Assembly: GCA_963827235.1 (NCBI GenBank)
Contig: CAWHAE010000012.1
Span: 224,001 to 288,000, forward strand
Source of the DNA: an uncultured bacterium
Lineage (GTDB): Bacteria; Chloroflexota; UBA5177; JANWHV01
Direction of reading: 5' to 3'
Length of the DNA stretch: 64,000 nt
The position numbers were made by a program, and so were the translations under genes. Under the pieces are notes generated by a model. That model did not search any database. It was not told the origin of the DNA and saw only the letters and a list, made by a program, of their open reading frames with translations. This document shows positions 28,975 to 38,664 of this stretch, piece after piece (positions within the stretch are counted from its first letter, which is position 1; the number at the start of each line of letters is the position of its first letter).

Positions 28975-29385
28975 GTGGCCGAACGACACCCAACCTGGGG
29001 CGAACTGCGGCAATTCTGTGAACGCCAGAACCTTCGGCCCTCTCGAACCGATCACGACTTCTACGACAAAGTGCTTCCAGATGGCAGCACAGCAGGAACC
29101 AAGATCTCTCTCGGCGTGTCGGAGACCGACCCGATGCCGCCATCGTTGTGGTCGCGCATCCGGCGCCGCCGGCTTCGCCTTCGCGTGGAGAGCGAGTTCT
29201 GGCAAGGGCTGGAAGGCAAGGGCGTCGCACACGATGTCCCGCCCACGCCCGAGCGGACGCAGCAGCTGCCTCACCACCTCATCCGACATCTGCGCGACGA
29301 CCGGCATTGGTCGGAGGACCAGATCGCACTCGTTTCACGGGAAGAAGCGCAGCATCTACTCAATGCCTGGTTCAGCCGCGAATAG
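28975..29385 (+). CDS. HicA-like toxin with C-terminal helical extension
   Basis: TWGELRQFC, TDHDFYDKVLPDG..TKIS, LWSRI..L...EFW. Confidence 0.7.
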   Translation: MAERHPTWGELRQFCERQNLRPSRTDHDFYDKVLPDGSTAGTKISLGVSETDPMPPSLWSRIRRRRLRLRVESEFWQGLEGKGVAHDVPPTPERTQQLPHHLIRHLRDDRHWSEDQIALVSREEAQHLLNAWFSRE

Positions 29386-29460
29386 GCAAGATCGCCGGCG
29401 TACAGGCCGTGCTCGCCAGACCGTGGCAGGGCAAGGATGGCTCGCACACGGTGGCTGACC

Positions 29461-29660
29461 AGTGAACCACCGCCCACCTACGTCAGCCGCGATGAGATCG
29501 GCCAGACGGCAGAGTCGGTGCGTACGCTGGTTGGTACGGTGCAGCAGACCATCGCCGACTACGAGGCGGCGCGCGCTGAGCTGGGCAGCCTGATCGGCGA
29601 GGTGGCAAGGTCGTCGGAACAGGTATACGCGGGCTCCGGCCAGCTGGCGCAGGCAACGCA
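29461..29660 (+). pseudogene. Methyl-accepting chemotaxis protein fragment (HAMP end and methylation helix)
   Basis: VSRDEIGQTAESVR..YEAARAELGSLIGEVARSSEQVYAGSGQLAQAT with no sensor or signalling tip. Confidence 0.7.
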
Positions 29661-29794
29661 CAAACCGCCGTCTGCATCGTCGATGCGCGCCCGCCCCGAT
29701 ATCGCTGCCGCGGCCACGGTATGAGCCACTGGGTCTCCGCATTGATAGAGATACATGCTCGACCTTTCTGCTTCTTCCGCGTCGATGTGTTCCG

Positions 29795-30742
29795 TCAGCG
29801 TGCCGCCATGGCCAGTGCTGCGGCGCCTACCAGACCGGAGTCTGCGCCAAGCCCGGCGCGAACGACGGGTACGGACCTGAACGGCGGCATCGCGTCCCGC
29901 CGGATCACGTCCAGTATGTCCCGCTCCAGCAGATCGAAGGCCTGCGCCACGCCCCCGCCCATGATCACGCGCTCCGGGCTGTAAAGATGGATGAGCCCGG
30001 TGAAGCCCGCGCCCAGATAGTGCGCCTCTTCTCGCAGCAAGGCAAGGCAGACGGAGTCGGCAGCGCGCGCTCCCTCGACCACGCGCCTGGCGTCGACCGC
30101 CTCGGGAGGCGAGACTCGCCCCAGCCACCCGGCACGATCCTCAAGCGCTGCCTGCCGAGCGCGCAGGCCGAGTGCGCTGCCCGATGCGAGCGCCTCGAAG
30201 CAGGCAGTGGCACCGCATGAGCAGCGAGGCCCGTCCGCTGCCATTCTGAAGTGCCCGACGTGCCCGGCCATGCCGCGCCGCCCGTGCAACAGTCGGCCGT
30301 CGACCACGATGCCGCCGCCAATGCCTGTGCTGACCGTCACGTAGACCAGGTGCTGCAGTCCCCTGCCGGCGCCGTATTGCCACTCCCCGAAGGCCGCGGC
30401 GATACCGTCGCCCTCGACGACAACCGGCACGCCGAATTCGTCCGCCACGATGTCTCGCAGTGCGATGTTCTCCCAACCCGGCAGCGTTGGGATATGGATG
30501 ACCGTACCGGTCGTGGTGTCGAGCGGTCCCGGCGCACAAACACCAACTCCGGCGATGTGCGCTCGATCCTCGGCGTCGCAGACCTGCGCAATCAGCTGTC
30601 TGAATTGCGCAATGACCGCGGTTGGACCACCGCCCACGTCGGTACGGGTCGCCGCTCGACGGAGAATGCTGCCCCGTTGCACCAGCGCCGCACGCACCTG
30701 CGTGCCGCCGAGATCGATGCCGATTGCAAGCTCCCGGGCCAT
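29795..30742 (-). CDS. ROK-family sugar kinase
   Basis: IGIDLGGT, STGIGGG, GHVGH, CSCG..ACFE Zn motif. Confidence 0.93.
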   Translation of the reverse strand: MARELAIGIDLGGTQVRAALVQRGSILRRAATRTDVGGGPTAVIAQFRQLIAQVCDAEDRAHIAGVGVCAPGPLDTTTGTVIHIPTLPGWENIALRDIVADEFGVPVVVEGDGIAAAFGEWQYGAGRGLQHLVYVTVSTGIGGGIVVDGRLLHGRRGMAGHVGHFRMAADGPRCSCGATACFEALASGSALGLRARQAALEDRAGWLGRVSPPEAVDARRVVEGARAADSVCLALLREEAHYLGAGFTGLIHLYSPERVIMGGGVAQAFDLLERDILDVIRRDAMPPFRSVPVVRAGLGADSGLVGAAALAMAAR

Positions 30743-31458
30743 CAGATCGGCTCCCCGGGCAGCGCATGTACCCAGGCCATGCGTTCGGCAAGATTGTCGG
30801 CGCCAAAGGCCAGCGAGCCCATCACGATGCTGTCGGCACCGGCCCCGCGCAGCCCGGGTACGGTGTGCTCGCGGATACCGCCGTCCGCCGCCAGCACGAT
30901 CCGGCGGCCGCCTCCCTGGGCGGCGAGGAGTGCACGGGCTTCCCGCAGGCGGGGTTCGGCAGCCTCGTCGAGACCCTGGCCCTTGATGCCGATCTGTGTC
31001 CCCAACAGGGTGAGATGCCGGATGCGATCCAGGTAGCGCGCGGATGCAGCGACCGGGGTGTGCAGTTGCAGCACCAGACCGGCGGCAAGGCCGAGCCGCT
31101 CGATCCCGGCCAGTAGGCCGTCGACGTCCCGGTTCTCGGCGTGGATGCTGATCAGGTCCGCGCCCGCCGCGGCGAAGTGCTCGATCTGCGTCGCCAGAAT
31201 GTCGTCCGTCGCCATCAGATGCACGTGCAGCGGCACCTTGGTGCGGGCGCGGATGCTGCCGACCAGGTCGGGGAAGAAGAGGAGTGTAGGCGAGAAGTGC
31301 CCATCGGCGACGTCGATATGGTACAGATCCGCATAGGGATCGACCCGCGCGATGTCGTCGCCCAGCCGCCCAAAGTCGGCCGACCACAGCGACAACTCGG
31401 CCAGCAGCCGATTGCTCGGCAAGCGGTCCAACCAGCCAGGCATCGGTTTCATCGTCAC
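30742..31458 (-). CDS. Ribulose/allulose-phosphate 3-epimerase family protein
   Basis: SLWSADF, HIDVADGHF, HVHLM, IHAE, ADGGI. Confidence 0.9.
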   Translation of the reverse strand: MTMKPMPGWLDRLPSNRLLAELSLWSADFGRLGDDIARVDPYADLYHIDVADGHFSPTLLFFPDLVGSIRARTKVPLHVHLMATDDILATQIEHFAAAGADLISIHAENRDVDGLLAGIERLGLAAGLVLQLHTPVAASARYLDRIRHLTLLGTQIGIKGQGLDEAAEPRLREARALLAAQGGGRRIVLAADGGIREHTVPGLRGAGADSIVMGSLAFGADNLAERMAWVHALPGEPI

Positions 31459-32258
31459 ATCTCCCCAAGAAAGGCCGCCAGGACAGCCCGGAAGTCACTG
31501 CGATAGCGATCCCGGCTGTCCGCTTTGGAGGCAATCTCGACCAGGCGGGCACCCGGAATCTGGTCGGCGAGTGCCGCGGCATAGGCGAGCGGGTGCACGA
31601 AATCGCGTTGAGTCCCGATGACCAGGGTCGGCACCCGAATGGCGTTAAGTTCCCGGGCGGAGATGCCCGGGCCGTCGGCCGCGATGCGGACCAACAGCTC
31701 GGCGGTGACCGAGACCGGCTCACGTGCAAAGAAGCCGTACAGCGAGGCGAGGTTGTCCGGTGCCTCGGCCGCCAGCTGCCGCGCGAGATCGGAGTTCTCG
31801 AAGCGCGCCCGAGCTTCGGCAGGCGGATAGCGTCGGAGCAGCTCGCCGACCACGGCATTCGGCCGCATATTGGCCGGCGCGGCGTCAAGGACCCACGCCG
31901 GCCGCGCCAGCACCAGCGCGCGCACGAGATCTGGCCGTAGCACGGCCAGCCGGAGGGCGATGGCCGCCCCCATGGAGATGCCGCCGAGCACCACCGGTTT
32001 GTCCGCCAGTGCCTCGATGACAAATGCGACGTCCTCGGTGAACGTTGCCAGCGAAAACTGCTCCGGCGCGCCCACATCCGATCGACCGTGGCCGCGGCAC
32101 TCGAGCGTCAGACAGCGCCAGCCGCGGTCCGGCGGGAAGACATCCGCCGTCTGGCTCGCATCGCCGCACAACCCATGCTGAAAGACCATCGGTCGGCCAC
32201 GCTCGATCTCCGACACGGCGAAGCGCAGGTCGCCATGCTGGTGCGCTGAGAATGTCAT
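31455..32258 (-). CDS. Alpha/beta hydrolase
   Basis: FQHGLCG, CRGHGRS, GISMG nucleophile elbow. Confidence 0.9.
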   Translation of the reverse strand: MTFSAHQHGDLRFAVSEIERGRPMVFQHGLCGDASQTADVFPPDRGWRCLTLECRGHGRSDVGAPEQFSLATFTEDVAFVIEALADKPVVLGGISMGAAIALRLAVLRPDLVRALVLARPAWVLDAAPANMRPNAVVGELLRRYPPAEARARFENSDLARQLAAEAPDNLASLYGFFAREPVSVTAELLVRIAADGPGISARELNAIRVPTLVIGTQRDFVHPLAYAAALADQIPGARLVEIASKADSRDRYRSDFRAVLAAFLGEM

Positions 32259-33095
32259 GAGTCCCGGTCCGCGGCCGCCAGCGCCGCTCGCAGGTAGACG
32301 GCAGTGCCGGCGGCCTCCTGCGCCGCCAGGCCGTGCGTGACCACGGTGCCGCGGAACCCCGACCGGCGCACGAGCGCCAGGACGTGGTAGAAATCGATCC
32401 GGCCGGTGCCGGCCGCCACGACCCGGCCATCGTCAAGTCGATCCTTGGCATGGACGAGGGCGATACGATCCTGCAGCAGCTCGACGGCCTCCTCGATCAG
32501 CCTCGGGCGCTGCTCCGGCGCCGCGCCTTCGGTCAGGTTCGCGGGATCGAGGACGATGCGGATCCGCTCGCTGCCCATGGCGTCGATCAGGTCGCGGGCG
32601 CGACGGGCCGAGCTCACCACGTTGGCGGGCTCGGGCTCGACGCCGATCAGCACATCGTGTCGCTCGGCAATGGCCAGCACGCAGGCGATCTCCGCGCGGA
32701 GGTCCTCCCAGGCGGCAGCGCCGGCGTTGTCCGGGTGCCGTCGCCATTGATCCTGGGGATCGCGGCTGCCGGTGCAGACCGTCAGCAGACGGGTACCCAT
32801 CCGCTGCGCCGTGGCCGCGATGGCCTCAAAGCTCTGCCGGCCGCGCTCTCGCGCTCGCCGGGTCGGGATGGACCATGTTGTACGTCGCGGATACGGCCGC
32901 GATTGCCACTCCCGTGGCCACCGAGGCCGCATGCACGGCGGTCGCAGCCTCCTCACTGATCGTGGTCGGTAGTGGGCCCAGGCCGGAGCATGCCATGTTG
33001 TATTGCACCGCGTCGTAGCCGGCGTCGCGAGCGGCCGTCAGAACCTCCAGCGGCGTCGCTCCCGCGAACGTTTTGGCGAAGATACCAAGCTGCAT
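32255..33095 (-). pseudogene. Sugar phosphate isomerase/epimerase (xylose isomerase-like TIM barrel), frameshifted near 32856
   Basis: MQLGIFAKTF..YNMVHPDPA in one frame continues as RERGRQSF..CTGSRD..EPE..DPAN..HAKD in another; may be a sequencing error. Confidence 0.8.
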
Positions 33096-34180
33096 CAGAT
33101 GTCCTCCTCAACCTCGGCGAGCCGAACCGGCTTTCCCGTCCTCGCCGACTGGGCGATCGCCGCCATGCCACGGACCGACGCCACCCCATCGTCGATATCG
33201 GCACCGGTCATTGGCGCCCCGTGCAGAATGGCGTCCGCGAACCCCTCCACCTGGCGCCGGTAGAAGTGGCCGTCCGCCCCGAGCACGCGCGTCGTCGTCT
33301 CCGTGGCCTCGTGAAACACCTCGACGTCGCTCGTCTTGAAGAGCCAGGGATTGAACATCGTGCCGAGGACGCTGCCGTGCTCGCCGTACACCTGGAAGCC
33401 TTCGTGCCAGTCCATGCGCACGGCGACCGTCAGGTCGAGCTGGCCCAGCGCGCCGCCGGCAAAGGCCGCCTCGACGAACCAGCAGTAGGCGCCAAAGCGT
33501 TCGCGCAGTCGCGCGTTCACCTCGAGGATCTCTCCGCCCAGATAGCGCGCGGTGTCGAGCAAATGACTCCCGTGCGCGTGCATGTAGTAGCGTTCACGAT
33601 CCGCTTTCGGATCGGTCGGGGGGCGCTTGGCCTCGGCGCTGGTGACCATCAGCGGCTGTGTCGCGTCGGTCACGGCGTAGCGGTGCGTGGAGTCGCAGTA
33701 CCACGCCTTCAGCGCCAGCATCTCGCCCATCTCCGTGGCGATGAAAGCCTTGGCGCTCTGCAATCCGGCGTCGAAGCGCTTCATATGGCCGACTTGCAGC
33801 ACCAGGCCCGATCGTCGCACCGCATGCCTGAGAGCCTCGACCTCTCCGACCGAGACACCGAGCGGTTTTTCGCACAGTACGTGCTTTCCGGCTTCCAATG
33901 CCGCCAGGGCCGCCGGGACATGGAACGCGTCGGCGGTGGCGACGATCACCGCTTCCAGCACGGGATCGGCCAGCATCTCGTTGTAGTCGCGGAACGTCCT
34001 CTCCGGTTTGTGCGTCCAGGCCATGCGTTCGACCAGATCTCCTGCCACGTCGCAGATGGCATAGAGATCAGCGTTGCGGGCCTTGGTCACGCTCTCGAAA
34101 TGTGCCGCCTGGGCGATTGGACCGCAGCCCAGGATTCCCATCTTGAGGCGATGCTCGTCCTTGGATAGCACCTGTTCCAT
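33095..34180 (-). CDS. Gfo/Idh/MocA-family oxidoreductase
   Basis: GILGCGPIA, KHVLCEKP, GHMKRFD, HGSHLLD. Confidence 0.93.
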   Translation of the reverse strand: MEQVLSKDEHRLKMGILGCGPIAQAAHFESVTKARNADLYAICDVAGDLVERMAWTHKPERTFRDYNEMLADPVLEAVIVATADAFHVPAALAALEAGKHVLCEKPLGVSVGEVEALRHAVRRSGLVLQVGHMKRFDAGLQSAKAFIATEMGEMLALKAWYCDSTHRYAVTDATQPLMVTSAEAKRPPTDPKADRERYYMHAHGSHLLDTARYLGGEILEVNARLRERFGAYCWFVEAAFAGGALGQLDLTVAVRMDWHEGFQVYGEHGSVLGTMFNPWLFKTSDVEVFHEATETTTRVLGADGHFYRRQVEGFADAILHGAPMTGADIDDGVASVRGMAAIAQSARTGKPVRLAEVEEDI

Positions 34181-34799
34181 CTCCTCCCCGTCGGGTGCGG
34201 CGCGCTGCGTCCGCGCGCTTGCTGCCTGCCTGGCTCAGGACGTGGCCGCCGTCGACGATCGGGGCCCGGCCGACAACATACTCGGCCGCCCAGGCCTGAG
34301 CATAGGTCGCACCGCGCTTGGCGAGAGTACCGCCGCCGATTAGTGGGGTCGCCGCCCCCACGCGCGGTGCAGGGCCGTGCTGCTCTTGAGTATAGGACCT
34401 TGGTCCACCGGCGGCGCCTGGTCCATGCAGTGCTCGGTCGCCACGGCACCCGTCTGGTTTGTGCCCATCATGGGGATCTGCCTGCCGAGTGCCCCGCGCC
34501 TCTACAGGCGTCGTACCCCCAACATGGGGTCAGCCCACCGGCGACCGCGCGGCGGCTATCCCCGGGGTACGCCTCCCTGCAGCGTGGCAACGGCGTTCAA
34601 CCGCGGCGTGCGCCGAGCCCGCTACCTCTGTCGCGGCCGGGATGGCGATTCCTCTCCGAGTAAGGGGCAGCGTAGTTTTCGTGGCTATGTCCGTTGCCGG
34701 GATGGACTGCCGTTCGCTACGCTTGCGATCGCCGGTCCGGCGGACAAGCCGCCGGTCACGATCGGCGCGGACGCGATCAGCACGGGAGACGCAGCAGCA

Positions 34800-35258
34800 A
34801 TGGACGATGCCGAGAGGACGTGGCACGCCACGTTTGCCAAGCAGCTTTTCAACCACTCATGGGATTTGCTCGAGCGGCCGGATCGCACGGACCGGCAGGA
34901 CCACGAGATGCTTCACGCGGCGTTTGCCTCACGCTACCACTGGGGAGTCGTCGGCACCGAAGCGAACTGGGTCGTCGGCGACGGGCAGATCGCGCGCATC
35001 GCGTCCGCATTGGGTCACCAGGCACTGGCGTTGCACTACGCGACGCGGGCACTCGACACCGCGTGCGCGCAGGGTTGGCGCGACTTCCGTCTCGCCTCGT
35101 CCTACGAGACGATGGCGCGGGCGCACAGCGCCGCGGGGAACGCGGCCGAGCGCGATCGGTATCTCGCGCTGGCTCGCGATGCGCTCGATCTCATCGACGA
35201 TCCCGAGGACCGCAGAATCATCGAGGAGCAGATCGACACCGTCCCCTTGGGCGCCTGA
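34800..35258 (+). CDS. Conserved hypothetical helical (TPR-like) protein
   Basis: HATFAKQLFNHSWDLLE..MLHAAFASRYHW..YETMARA; GGGAGA upstream. Confidence 0.75.
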   Translation: MDDAERTWHATFAKQLFNHSWDLLERPDRTDRQDHEMLHAAFASRYHWGVVGTEANWVVGDGQIARIASALGHQALALHYATRALDTACAQGWRDFRLASSYETMARAHSAAGNAAERDRYLALARDALDLIDDPEDRRIIEEQIDTVPLGA

Positions 35259-35325
35259 CTCGCGGGTCCGACCTGGTTGCTCCGCTGCGCCCGGGCAATG
35301 GCCGGCCCGGCCGGGGCTGCACGAC

Positions 35326-35450
35326 TGCCCGGCCGGCGGCTCGCTGCTGGTGGTGGCGACGCTGCGCGCCGAGTTCTACTGTTCTCGTTGCGCTTCCGGT
35401 GGTGAGGGTCACGGACCGTACCGGTATGCCTGGTGGTGGCGGGGCGATGG
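35326..35450 (+). pseudogene. DUF6788-like Zn-finger fragment
   Basis: TLRAEFYCSRCASGGEGHGPYRYAWWWRG without start or tail. Confidence 0.5.
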
Positions 35451-35755
35451 AGAGCCATCTGCGCACGGAGGGCGGCGTGTTGGCACTTGCCCCTATCGCC
35501 CGATCTTTCCTCCACGCACTCTTGGCTCACCTTCGACAAGAAGTCCGACCCAAGCCATCTAGCGGATTGCCGTCCTCCGTATCGGCGGACTGTCCCGGCT
35601 CAGCGGCACGCGGGGTATTGTGGGCCCTCAGAGTCTGCTGTATGATCGCGGCACACTTAGGACCCAGTAAGCGCGGTGTTGCGAGATAGCGCACGTTCAG
35701 CACGCAGGATGACGGCCGCGCCGGTCCAGCGGGCAGCCGGAATGGCAGGTGCGGC

Positions 35756-38482
35756 ATGGCAGGGAAGTATCTCACGACCGGGCAGGCAGCTCGTCTCCTC
35801 GGTGTGTCCAACGACACGATACTCAGCGCCGTACGTGCCGGCAAACTACAAGCGTCGCATCGCACTCCGGGAGGCGCCTACCGCTTCGAGGTCGTCGACC
35901 TGGAGCACTACGTGCTGCGGCGGATCTCCGGAGACCATGTTGGACAACACGCGCGCGCGGTAGTCAGCACACAGACACAACCTTCCGTGTTCCCGTCGCC
36001 CGCCCGCAAGGACCCCGGCGCCCTGACGCACGTCGTGCCGTTGGCGGAGGACGTGACGGATCGCCGGCGCGCCGAAGCGGCACTGCAGCAAAGCGGGGCC
36101 CTGCTCAGAAGCCTGTACGAACACGCGCCCATAGGCGTGGTGCTGGTCAGCCTGGAGGGCCGCTGCCTGATGGCCAACCCGAGCTTGCAGCGCCTTCTGG
36201 GCTACGACGAAGAAGAACTGCGCGGCATGCACTTTACGGAGTACGCGCACGCGGAGGACTCCGCGGACGATCTGCAGCTGTTTGGGCAGGTCGTGGCCGG
36301 CACGCGGGACTCGTACAGCCTGGAGAAGCGCTACATCCGCAAGGATGGGCGGACGGTGTGGGGCCAGCTTGGGGTCTCCGTCGTACGGGACCAGCATGGC
36401 CTACCGCAGTTGGTCGTCCGGACGCTGCTAGACCTGAGTGAGCGGCATGCTGCAGAGGAGCGGCTACGGGGGAGCGAGGAACACTACCGCCGAATCGTGG
36501 AGACCTCGCTTGACGGCATGTTTGAGGTTGACGCCGATGACCGGTTTGTGTTCGTCAACCGGCGGTTAGCCGACATCACCGGGTACGCACCCAACGAGAT
36601 GCTCGGGATGCCAAGCGCGCTCCTGCGCGAAGAGAAGGAGCAGACCGGTTTCGAGGCACGGGCAGCAGCCCGCAGAGCTGGCGACGTGAGCAGAATGCAG
36701 TATGAGCGCACGGTCCGCCGAAAGGATGGCACGTTGCGCTGGGTGCAGATGTCAATGCTGCCGATACTCGGCGAGCGGGGTGAGTACGCAGGCGAGTTTG
36801 GCATGGTCGCCGATATCCACCAACGCAAGCAGGCCGAGCAGGCACTGCGGCAGAGTGAGCAGGAATTCCGCTTGCTGGCGGAGAACTCCAGCGACATGAT
36901 TGTCCGGCTCACGATGGATCTGGTCGTGCTGTACGCCTCGCCTGCCGCGCGCCAGTTGACCGGTTTCGAGCCGGGCGGGCTGGTTGGACGGCAGGGCCTC
37001 GAGTTCGTCCATCCCGATGATGTGGACCGCGTCAAGCACGCACTCGTCGATGTCCGCCGCGAGCCGGATGCAGACGCCATCACCTATCGCCATCTGCGCG
37101 CTGACGGGAGCTACGTCTGGGTGGAATCGACCGGTCGCGGCATTCGCGACGCATCTACGGGTGAGGTGTTGGAGATTCAGGTGACGACGCGCGACGTCTC
37201 GGAGCGCAGGCGGACGGAGGATGCGCTGCGTGAAGTGGCGCGCGAGCGCTCCGAGGAGGCGGCGATCGCGGAAGCCCTCTCTGAAGCCAGTGCCGCGTTA
37301 GGCAGCGCCCTGGAGCCGGAGCCCTTATACGCGCGCATCCTGGAGCAGATGGCGCGGGTGGTGCCCTGCACGGGTGCGTACATCTTCGGCTACCGAGGTA
37401 GCTGGGCGGTAGTTGCCGGGGCGTACGGAGAGCCGCGGCCGCCCATGGGCCTGCAGATTCCCGGGTTCGTAGGGCCCGGCGGATTGTTGGGACTCGGGGA
37501 TCAGCCCCGGCTACTGAGCGAGACGCGAGACACACCCGGCTGGCAGGTGCTCGCACCCTGGGAGGGCGAGTACGAGGTGCGCAGCACGATGATTCTCCCG
37601 CTGGTGGTCCACGGCGAGACTTACGGATGTCTGGCGGTAGGGAGCTCGGTTCCACACACGTATACCGCACAACACCTGCGGGTGGTCCGCGCCTTCAGCG
37701 AGCGTATCGAGCAGGCACTCTGGAACTCGCGCTTGTACCAGCTGGAGCAGGAGCGGGCGCGGGCGGCGGAGCACCTGGCGTCGCTGCGGAACGAGTTTGT
37801 GGCCACGGTAAGTCACGAGCTGCGCACGCCGTTGACGGCCGTGCTGGGGTATGCCGAGGTATTGTCAGGGCACTGGGATCGGATGAGCGAGGCACAGCGG
37901 AAGGCGAACGTGCAGCGTATCGTGACGGCGGCGAACCGGCAGAAGCGGCTGGTCGACGACCTGCTGCGGGTGAGCACGCTGGATGGAGACGAGACGCCGG
38001 TGCAGCGTGCTGAGGTGTCCGTGCTCGAGATCGTGTCCTGGGCGATGGACGAGGTGAAAGGGAGCTACCCGAGCCAGGCGGTCGAGGTCGCTGGGCCGCC
38101 GGATCTCGTGGTGGTGGCCGACCCGCTACGGATGGAGCAGGTGCTGGTGAACCTGCTGGATAACGCGGCGAAGTACTCGCCGGAAGGGAGCAGCATCGAG
38201 CTGGAGTGGACGCAGGAAGACGGCATGGCAGTGGTGCGGGTGCGGGACCACGGGCCGGGCATCCCGCCGGAGGGACGGGAGGTCCTCTTCTCACGCTTTG
38301 GGCGGGTACCGGGCAGCAAGATGCGGGCCGGGCACGTGGGCACGGGGCTCGGGCTCTTTCTGGGCCGGGCATATGCGCGCGCCATGGGCGGCTCGCTGGA
38401 GCTGGAGAGGACTGGGCCAGACGGCAGTGTCTTCAGTCTGCGCTTGCCCCTGTGCACTGTGCGAGTCCAACGCAGCACATAG
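35756..38482 (+). CDS. Soluble sensor histidine kinase: excisionase-type HTH + 3 PAS + GAF + HisKA + HATPase
   Basis: YLTTGQAARLLGVS..RTPGGAYRF; three PAS/PAC repeats; SHELRTPL, NLLDNAAKYS, DHGPGI, GTGLGL. Confidence 0.93.
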   Translation: MAGKYLTTGQAARLLGVSNDTILSAVRAGKLQASHRTPGGAYRFEVVDLEHYVLRRISGDHVGQHARAVVSTQTQPSVFPSPARKDPGALTHVVPLAEDVTDRRRAEAALQQSGALLRSLYEHAPIGVVLVSLEGRCLMANPSLQRLLGYDEEELRGMHFTEYAHAEDSADDLQLFGQVVAGTRDSYSLEKRYIRKDGRTVWGQLGVSVVRDQHGLPQLVVRTLLDLSERHAAEERLRGSEEHYRRIVETSLDGMFEVDADDRFVFVNRRLADITGYAPNEMLGMPSALLREEKEQTGFEARAAARRAGDVSRMQYERTVRRKDGTLRWVQMSMLPILGERGEYAGEFGMVADIHQRKQAEQALRQSEQEFRLLAENSSDMIVRLTMDLVVLYASPAARQLTGFEPGGLVGRQGLEFVHPDDVDRVKHALVDVRREPDADAITYRHLRADGSYVWVESTGRGIRDASTGEVLEIQVTTRDVSERRRTEDALREVARERSEEAAIAEALSEASAALGSALEPEPLYARILEQMARVVPCTGAYIFGYRGSWAVVAGAYGEPRPPMGLQIPGFVGPGGLLGLGDQPRLLSETRDTPGWQVLAPWEGEYEVRSTMILPLVVHGETYGCLAVGSSVPHTYTAQHLRVVRAFSERIEQALWNSRLYQLEQERARAAEHLASLRNEFVATVSHELRTPLTAVLGYAEVLSGHWDRMSEAQRKANVQRIVTAANRQKRLVDDLLRVSTLDGDETPVQRAEVSVLEIVSWAMDEVKGSYPSQAVEVAGPPDLVVVADPLRMEQVLVNLLDNAAKYSPEGSSIELEWTQEDGMAVVRVRDHGPGIPPEGREVLFSRFGRVPGSKMRAGHVGTGLGLFLGRAYARAMGGSLELERTGPDGSVFSLRLPLCTVRVQRST

Positions 38483-38520
38483 ATGACAGTGGCACACGCC
38501 CGGTGCGATGCCGGGCTGTC

Positions 38521-38557
38521 CGCCCCGAGCCGTGAACAGACATGTCGGCTCGGGGCG
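38521..38557. terminator. Hairpin between convergent kinase and TetR genes
   Basis: Perfect 12-bp inverted repeat CGCCCCGAGCCG / CGGCTCGGGGCG; no U-tract. Confidence 0.55.
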
Positions 38558-38664
38558 CGTCGCGTTTCTGGAGCCGGTCTCTGCGATGCAGCCGCCCTGC
38601 AGGTGCGGCAAAAGAGATGGCTACGCAGGGAGTCGCGTGCTCCGGCGCCGGGTCTTGGCCGCTG

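Noticed and set aside
29795-32077. 760-aa ORF as a large ROK fusion
   Set aside because: The upstream part overlaps the epimerase and hydrolase genes in another frame; ROK homology starts at 30742.
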